A stretch of DNA of 64,000 bases, from NCBI GenBank assembly GCA_016180645.1, contig JACPAV010000002.1, positions 300,628 through 364,627 on the forward strand, read 5' to 3'. Below the pieces are notes generated by a model. That model was not told where the DNA came from and did no database searches. It saw only the letters and a list, made by a program, of their open reading frames with translations. Position numbers and translations under genes: made by a program. Source of the DNA: Nitrospirota bacterium (GTDB lineage Bacteria > JACPQY01). Every line of letters starts with the position of its first letter. Position 1 is the stretch's first letter. Positions 57,922 to 64,000 of the stretch are shown piece by piece.

Positions 57922-59106
57922 TCAGTTCTTCCGGTAGACCGCCACGAAGCACGCCCCGCCGAGGCCGATGTTGTGTTGGAGTGCGATCTTGGCGTTCGGC
58001 ACCTGTCGCGGACCGCAAAGTCCACGAAGCTGCTGGTTGAGTTCGAAACATTGGGCCAAGCCGGTGGCGCCCAGCGGATGCCCTTTGGAAAGCAGGCCTC
58101 CGGAGGGATTGACAACCCATTTGCCGCCGTAGGTGGTTTGATTCTCATCGAGCAGACGCCCGGCCTCCCCTTCTTTGCAGAGACCCAGCGCCTCATACGT
58201 GATCAGCTCGTTGGCCGTGAAACAGTCGTGAAGTTCGATGACGTTTACGTCCTTCGGACCCAGTCCCGACTGCTCATAGGCGCTGTCCGCAGCCTTCTTC
58301 GCCATATCATAGCCAACGACTTTGATCATCGAGGGGGGATCGAAAGCGGTCTTCACATCCGTCTTGAGCGCGGCCGCGGCAATCCACACCGGATCGGACT
58401 TGCCCATTTTTTTCGCGAACTCTTCCGAGCAGACGACGGCCGCCGCCGAGCCGTCCGTAGTGGGGCAGCACTGAAGTTTCGTCAGGGGATCGAAAATCAT
58501 GGGAGAGGCCATCACTTCCTCGAGCGAGACGGCCACGCGGAACTGCGACCGCTCATTGTGCACCGCATGCTTCTTGTTTTTCACGGCGATCTTGGCGATC
58601 TGTTCCTTGGTCGTGCCGTACTTCTTCATGTGCTCGCGTCCTGCCCCACCGAACAATTGGGCGGCGGGAGGTGCCATCTCGAATCCCTGCACGGAACTCA
58701 TCACTTCCACGTGCTTATCCATCGGATTCGTTCGATCGCTGTATTTGGGCGCGAGCGATCCCTTCTCCATCTTTTCAAATCCAAGCGCGAGCGCGCATTC
58801 CACCGCTCCGCCCGCCACCGCCTGCGTGGCCAGGAAAAGCGCGGAGGAGCCCGTGGAGCAGTTGTTGTTGACGTTCACGACCGGGATACCCGTCAGACCG
58901 AGCTGGTACACCGCCCGTTGGCCGCAGGTGGATTCCCCATACACATATCCGACAAATGCCTGCTCGATCTTGTCATAGCTCACGCCGGCGTCTTTGAGGG
59001 CCATCTCCCCCGATTCCTTTGCCAATTCGGGATAGTCGTGTTCTCCCGGTTTGTGAAACTTGGTCATTCCGACGCCGATAATGCAGACTTTGCGGCCTTT
59101 ACCCAT
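57922..59106 (-). CDS. SCPx-type thiolase (lipid-transfer protein)
   Basis: [45 protein letters not shown]. Confidence 0.92.
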   Translation of the reverse strand: MGKGRKVCIIGVGMTKFHKPGEHDYPELAKESGEMALKDAGVSYDKIEQAFVGYVYGESTCGQRAVYQLGLTGIPVVNVNNNCSTGSSALFLATQAVAGGAVECALALGFEKMEKGSLAPKYSDRTNPMDKHVEVMSSVQGFEMAPPAAQLFGGAGREHMKKYGTTKEQIAKIAVKNKKHAVHNERSQFRVAVSLEEVMASPMIFDPLTKLQCCPTTDGSAAAVVCSEEFAKKMGKSDPVWIAAAALKTDVKTAFDPPSMIKVVGYDMAKKAADSAYEQSGLGPKDVNVIELHDCFTANELITYEALGLCKEGEAGRLLDENQTTYGGKWVVNPSGGLLSKGHPLGATGLAQCFELNQQLRGLCGPRQVPNAKIALQHNIGLGGACFVAVYRKN

Positions 59107-59245
59107 GGAAAACCCCTTTCGCTTTGAAAGATGTCAGTCGCGGCTGGTGCGAGTACGCGCTTTTCTCTTTAAGCACGCCGCGAAGTCTAGCTAACCGGAT
59201 GGTTAATTGCAACATAGCCGGGTGGGAGTGGTAAAGTACGCGCCC

Positions 59246-61444
59246 ATGGGGAGCCGCTTCACCCGATTGGCCGTCGCCCTTCTCATCTTCTCTTGCGACA
59301 GCCCAAAGCCTTGGGACGGAACCTTTCCCGAGCCTGTCGCCCGGCCTGAACACCCAAGGCCCGATTTCCGGCGCAACACCTTCATCAACCTGAACACGAA
59401 GTGGGATTTCGCGTACGACCCGGACGACCGCGGACTGCGCGAGGAATGGTTCAAACGCGAGGACGTTTGGACCCACAAGATTCAAGTGCCGTTCGCATGG
59501 GAGGCGCCCCTCTCGGGGCTCGTCCCGCCGCATGAAGGTCCGTACACGATTTTCGAGACACTCCAAGCCAAGACGTACCGAGGAGTGGGCTGGTACCGGC
59601 TCAAGCTTCCCGGCCGTTTACCGCAGACGAAGGGTCTCAACTGGCATCTGATCTTCGGCGCCGTCGATTTCAAGTCCACCGTCTGGATCAACGACAAGCA
59701 GGCAACCGAACACGAGGGCGGCTACGATCCGTTCTCGGTGAATCTGGCCGACTGGGCCGGTCCCAACGACGTTCCCGAAATCGTCCTTCGCGTCGAGGAC
59801 TTCACCGAACTCAACGACTACGCCCAGCCCGTCGGCAAACAGGGCGGCGTCTGGTACACCCGCACGAGCGGCATCTGGCAGACGGTGTATCTGGAACAAC
59901 GACCGAAGTTCTATTTGGCCGGGCTGCGATTGAATACATACATGGGCGTGCAGGAGGTTGCCATCGAACCCCAATTCAGCGGCACGCCGCAGGGCGAATT
60001 CAAGCTGGATTCGACTGAAGAGCCGGGATCATTCAACCCCGGGGAGAGCACGGCATGTTGCTGGTGGGAAAACCCAAATCCCCACGTTCAAGAGATTGCA
60101 GTTCGGCTCACCGATGAACGTGGAACGCCCGACGTGGTCCACACATACTTCGGAAAACGGGACCTTCACATTCTGAGAACTCAAACAGAGACAAGGATGA
60201 ACGCGGCTTACTATCACGCGCCGATCGAATCCTCGGTGCTTGCGGTAAACCTCTACCCACGGTATCTCCGTTGCGTCCTCGACCAGTCCTACTACCCGGA
60301 TGGCATCTACACCGCGCCGAGCGTGGATCGAATCCGGGCCGATCTCGAACTCGCCAAGTCGTTCGGGTTCAACTGCATCCGGCTCCACATCAAGATGGAT
60401 GAACCGATCAAATATCGAATTGCGGACGAACTGGGACTTTACGTCGTCTACGATATTCCCGCTCTCGATCTTCAAGCCGAGAACCTGCCGGGTTTCAAAG
60501 GCCGCGATTACTTCGAACACACGCTCCGCGCTGCCATCGAACGCGACGCCAACCATCCCAGCATCATCGCGTGGACCATCTTCAACGAAAACTGGGGGCT
60601 CCTCTCGAACGGCTCACTGACCAACCCCGTCCCGATGGGTGACAACCCGGAGATCCAGAAATGGGTGAAGGACATGGTCACCCTTGCGCGCTCCCTCGAT
60701 CCCACGCGCCCCGTCGAAGACAACAGCGCGGGCGGAGTGACGCAACGTTTCGAACACATCGACACCGACCTCAATTCCTTCCACTACTATGGAAACGACA
60801 TGGCCAAGTTCAGAGAGTTTCTGCAAACCGAATCGGATGGGACCTACCCAGGCAGCCCCCGGAACTTCGTCGGCGGCGCCGTCCAGGATGGCGATCCCTG
60901 GTGGAACTCCGAATTCGCCAGTTTCAGCGCGCTGGGCGGAACCGAAGGGCCCGGGATCTATTGCGATCTTTTCGGCCTCCTCAATGAGATGCGACGCTTC
61001 CCCAAGCTCGTCGGTTACGTGCTCACGCAACTTACGGACGTGGAGTACGAACGAAACGGTCTCGTAAATTATGACCGCTCACCCAAACCGGATCTCTGCG
61101 CGAGATTCGGCGTCAGCCTGAAGGATGTCCTTGGCGAAGATTTCATCGCCTTCGACTGGCTGCCGAATCATGAGCTCGGGGCCGGCGCAACCATCCATGT
61201 CCCGCTTCGCTACTCCCACTGGTCCGGCTCCACCATCGAGCCGAGGAAGGTCCGTTTGAGTTGGGAGAACGCCGCTCCAGTGGAATGGACGCTGGCCTCC
61301 TATGCGCCGTACGATGCCACCACCGTCGAGAGCCCCGATTTCATCACGCCCGCCGACCCCGGCGATCACACTCTGATCGCGGAGGTTTTCGACGCTCAAG
61401 GCAAGCGCACCTGCGCCAACCGGTTGACGGTCACGATCAGGTGA
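59246..61444 (+). CDS. Glycoside hydrolase family 2 (probable lipoprotein)
   Basis: HPRPDF.R, FGAVD, HEGGY, SGIWQTVYLE, GFN..RLH.K, NHPSIIAW..FNE. Confidence 0.85.
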   Translation: MGSRFTRLAVALLIFSCDSPKPWDGTFPEPVARPEHPRPDFRRNTFINLNTKWDFAYDPDDRGLREEWFKREDVWTHKIQVPFAWEAPLSGLVPPHEGPYTIFETLQAKTYRGVGWYRLKLPGRLPQTKGLNWHLIFGAVDFKSTVWINDKQATEHEGGYDPFSVNLADWAGPNDVPEIVLRVEDFTELNDYAQPVGKQGGVWYTRTSGIWQTVYLEQRPKFYLAGLRLNTYMGVQEVAIEPQFSGTPQGEFKLDSTEEPGSFNPGESTACCWWENPNPHVQEIAVRLTDERGTPDVVHTYFGKRDLHILRTQTETRMNAAYYHAPIESSVLAVNLYPRYLRCVLDQSYYPDGIYTAPSVDRIRADLELAKSFGFNCIRLHIKMDEPIKYRIADELGLYVVYDIPALDLQAENLPGFKGRDYFEHTLRAAIERDANHPSIIAWTIFNENWGLLSNGSLTNPVPMGDNPEIQKWVKDMVTLARSLDPTRPVEDNSAGGVTQRFEHIDTDLNSFHYYGNDMAKFREFLQTESDGTYPGSPRNFVGGAVQDGDPWWNSEFASFSALGGTEGPGIYCDLFGLLNEMRRFPKLVGYVLTQLTDVEYERNGLVNYDRSPKPDLCARFGVSLKDVLGEDFIAFDWLPNHELGAGATIHVPLRYSHWSGSTIEPRKVRLSWENAAPVEWTLASYAPYDATTVESPDFITPADPGDHTLIAEVFDAQGKRTCANRLTVTIR

Positions 61445-61467
61445 GTCCTCCGACCGGAAGGAGTAAC

Positions 61468-63459
61468 ATGCCCGCCATGGCACGAGTCCGGCGATACCTC
61501 CCGTGGCTGATCGGACTCTTCTGGCTCGCCTTCTACCTCACTTACCCTTACCGGGAACTGGTGGACGACTCCCAGCATAGGGGGATCCTGGAAAACCGCT
61601 ACTTCGCTATTTTCGATGAACTGAAGTACTCCCGGCCCCTTCACGCGCTCCTCCTGCACGCCCAGGGCCATTTCTTGAGCAAAGCGATGGACAAGGCAAT
61701 GCTCGTTTCGATGATTCTCCACCTGCTGATCGCCTTGATCGCGTGGCGTGTTGTTATTCCACGAATGCCCGAACGAATGCACTCCTGGGCAAGATTCGGC
61801 CTCACGGCTTTCATGCTTCATCCCATCGCGCTGCAAACCACCGTCCATGTTTCACAGCGCGTCGAACTGCTGGGCACGTTCTTCGTGGCTCTTTCCCTGG
61901 CCGTCTTCTTTCGCGCTCGGTCACGGACAACTCCCCTTCCATCCTCGGCTCCTCCTACTCACCACTCACCACTCACCACTCACCACTTCTTCTGGCTCAC
62001 CCTCTGCGCCCTCGGCGCCCTGGCCTCGAAGGAAAATTACGTACTCATCCCCTTCGCACTGACGCTGGCGCTCGCCATCCGGGCAAAATCCAACGCGGGA
62101 GCGATCGCCGCAGGCGTCATGGTCGCCTTCATAGTCCTCGGCTCCTATTTGAACACCTTTTCGCATGAGGAAATCCGGAGTGAAGACAATTACAGCCGCA
62201 GCCGGGCCTTCAGGCAGGCGGTCCTCGATGGTCGCGAGGTCACGAACGAGGAGTCCATCTTCCTCCCGCTGCGATCACCGGTGGAAAACCTGAAACTCCA
62301 GGTAGCATTGGTACCTCTCATCCTGAGAATCGTGTTCGTGCCCTTCGGACTCACCAAGGACTACGGCCACTTCCCCTACGGCCGCCAGACCTATTCCCCC
62401 GACCTCCCATGGCTTTGGATCGGGCTCGCGATCCTGATCGGCATCACCGCGCTCATTTTTGTGAAACGCAAAGCGGCGACCTTCGAACAATGGGTCCTCA
62501 TCCTGTCGCCCGCCGTTCTCTACAGCGCGTACGTCGTCTTCGTGGTCTACGATCCGCTCTTCCTCTACCGGCTCTATGGAGTCTCTTTTCTCACCTTCGT
62601 GGTGGCCCTCCCCACACTGGCCGGCATCCTTGTGGACGTGAAGAAGATCGGCCTGGAACGCGCCGAAAAGATTGCCGCGGGCCTGGCAGGAATCTGTGTC
62701 CTGGGCGGGGTTGTTCGTTTTTATGAGATGAAAAACCCGATCGCGGAGACCGCCATCGACCTGAGACGTCGGCCGGACAATTTCCGGCTGTACGTTTCCC
62801 ATATGCGCAAACTCGTGGAATCGGGAAAACGTCCCGTCGATTGCGGAGCCGAACTGGCCCCCGCGCTGAAGTATGCCCCGAGCAGTTCGCACGTCTATGT
62901 CCAGTGGGCGTGGTGCCTGAAACAACAGGGCAAGATTGAGGAAGCGCAGACCTATGCCATGAAGTCGCTCGAGCAGCAGACCGGATTCATCGAAGCCCAA
63001 ACCGCGCTCGGATATCTCTCCGAACCTCCCTTCCCCAAGATCGACATCGATCGGGTCCACCCCATGAACAAGGCATATCTGGCGCCGACTCCGATTCAAG
63101 ATGCGGCCGGAGCGCCCCGTCCGCAGAGTCCACCGCCCGGGGATGGACGAAGCACGTTCTGGTCCCCCAGTCCTCCTACCGGTCAGGGAGTCACTTCGGG
63201 CGCAGCGCGCCCGCTCGATGAACAATCAAAGATGTTCATCGACCTCTACGAACAGGGTCTCACGCGGGATCCAGGCAACATGAAGATTCGGGAAAAGTAC
63301 GCGGAGTTCCTGGCCGGTCGCGGCGATTGGAGCAAGGCGCTGGAGCACTACAGAATTCTTCTCGACAAGGACCCCACGAATGCCGACCTGAAGAAAAGAG
63401 TGCAGGAAGCGGAACTTCGGGCCGGATCGCCCGCTTCCGGAACCGCGCCGTCCAAGTAA
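61468..63459 (+). CDS. Divergent TMTC-like multi-pass membrane protein with TPRs
   Basis: LVDD, RPL, LHP.ALQTTVHVSQR, SKE, C-terminal TPR; AAGGAG RBS. Confidence 0.7.
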   Translation: MPAMARVRRYLPWLIGLFWLAFYLTYPYRELVDDSQHRGILENRYFAIFDELKYSRPLHALLLHAQGHFLSKAMDKAMLVSMILHLLIALIAWRVVIPRMPERMHSWARFGLTAFMLHPIALQTTVHVSQRVELLGTFFVALSLAVFFRARSRTTPLPSSAPPTHHSPLTTHHFFWLTLCALGALASKENYVLIPFALTLALAIRAKSNAGAIAAGVMVAFIVLGSYLNTFSHEEIRSEDNYSRSRAFRQAVLDGREVTNEESIFLPLRSPVENLKLQVALVPLILRIVFVPFGLTKDYGHFPYGRQTYSPDLPWLWIGLAILIGITALIFVKRKAATFEQWVLILSPAVLYSAYVVFVVYDPLFLYRLYGVSFLTFVVALPTLAGILVDVKKIGLERAEKIAAGLAGICVLGGVVRFYEMKNPIAETAIDLRRRPDNFRLYVSHMRKLVESGKRPVDCGAELAPALKYAPSSSHVYVQWAWCLKQQGKIEEAQTYAMKSLEQQTGFIEAQTALGYLSEPPFPKIDIDRVHPMNKAYLAPTPIQDAAGAPRPQSPPPGDGRSTFWSPSPPTGQGVTSGAARPLDEQSKMFIDLYEQGLTRDPGNMKIREKYAEFLAGRGDWSKALEHYRILLDKDPTNADLKKRVQEAELRAGSPASGTAPSK

Positions 63460-63534
63460 CGCGTGGCCGCACCCTCCGCAAAGTTTTCAGAAGCCATCCT
63501 GGCCTCTGGTCACAGCTCCGGGTACAGGCCTTCC

Positions 63535-64000
63535 GTGGCCGAACGCCTCCGACGATACTGTCCCTGGTCGGTTGCGGCTTTCTGGCTCCTTTTCTACCTC
63601 GCGCATCCTTATCGGATTCTCGTCGACGACACGACCTACCGCGGGATTCTGGAGAACAAGTTCTTCCACTACCACATCGAGCAACGCTACTCGCGCCTCC
63701 TGCACGACGGGCTGCTGTATCTCCAGGGATTCCTCTTCGAGCCGTCCATGCAAAAGGCGATGTTCGTGGCGATTCTCCTGCATCTGCTGACGGGATGGAT
63801 CACGTGGAGAAGGGTGATCCCGGCGCTCCCCTCACGGAGCCAGGTCCCTGCGCTCATGGGCCTCGTCGCCTTCCTTCTCCATCCGGTCTCGATGCAAACA
63901 GTGGTTCATGTGTCCCAGAGCGGCGAAGTCCTCGGCGGCGTCTTTCTGGCTCTCTCGCTGGCTGTCTTCTTCCGAGCTCATTCTTCCGATCCTTTGCCTC
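63535..64000 (+). CDS. Tandem paralog of the preceding gene, running off the window
   Basis: Hand translation VAERLRRYCPWSVAAFWLLFYLAHPYRILVDDTTYRGILENKFF aligns with MARVRRYLPWLIGLFWLAFYLTYPYRELVDDSQHRGILENRYF. Confidence 0.75.
   Translation, partial: MAERLRRYCPWSVAAFWLLFYLAHPYRILVDDTTYRGILENKFFHYHIEQRYSRLLHDGLLYLQGFLFEPSMQKAMFVAILLHLLTGWITWRRVIPALPSRSQVPALMGLVAFLLHPVSMQTVVHVSQSGEVLGGVFLALSLAVFFRAHSSDPLP

Overview
GC-rich bacterial chromosome segment; the lineage cannot be fixed from sequence alone. The backbone is housekeeping: a TPR/periplasmic-binding protein, dnaJ-dnaK-grpE, rmlA-rmlB-uvrC-comEC-sqdB-like, eno, a rhodanese, nfeD-stomatin, gatC-gatA, purD-cutA-purE-tsaC-DUF1015-purQ-purL-purF-pyrE, then an SDR, a formyltransferase, a copper monooxygenase-like protein, an SCPx thiolase, a GH2 and TMTC-like membrane proteins. 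Three accessory regions interrupt it. (1) About 5.5-11.2 kb: toxin-antitoxin modules and fragments, a DUF2971-like gene and an Mrr-like nuclease, joined at GGGG..CCCC palindromic repeats. (2) The main finding: a ~10.9 kb island (19064-29937) integrated into the 3' end of enolase. The last 25 eno codons are duplicated at 18989-19063, with a 20-bp identical core. The island carries a cysteine desulfurase (DndA-like) and an atypical DNA-phosphorothioation operon: dndC-dndD-orf88-[DndE::HerA/FtsK-ATPase fusion]-[GHKL/MORC ATPase]-[SAM-methyltransferase-fold protein]. No dndB, dndFGH, pbe or integrase genes are visible. (3) About 49.5-55 kb: surface and TPR proteins. Several REP-like repeat families are present, and one has inserted in-frame peptides into GatA and an SDR. 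All family calls come from motif recognition by eye; no database searches were run.
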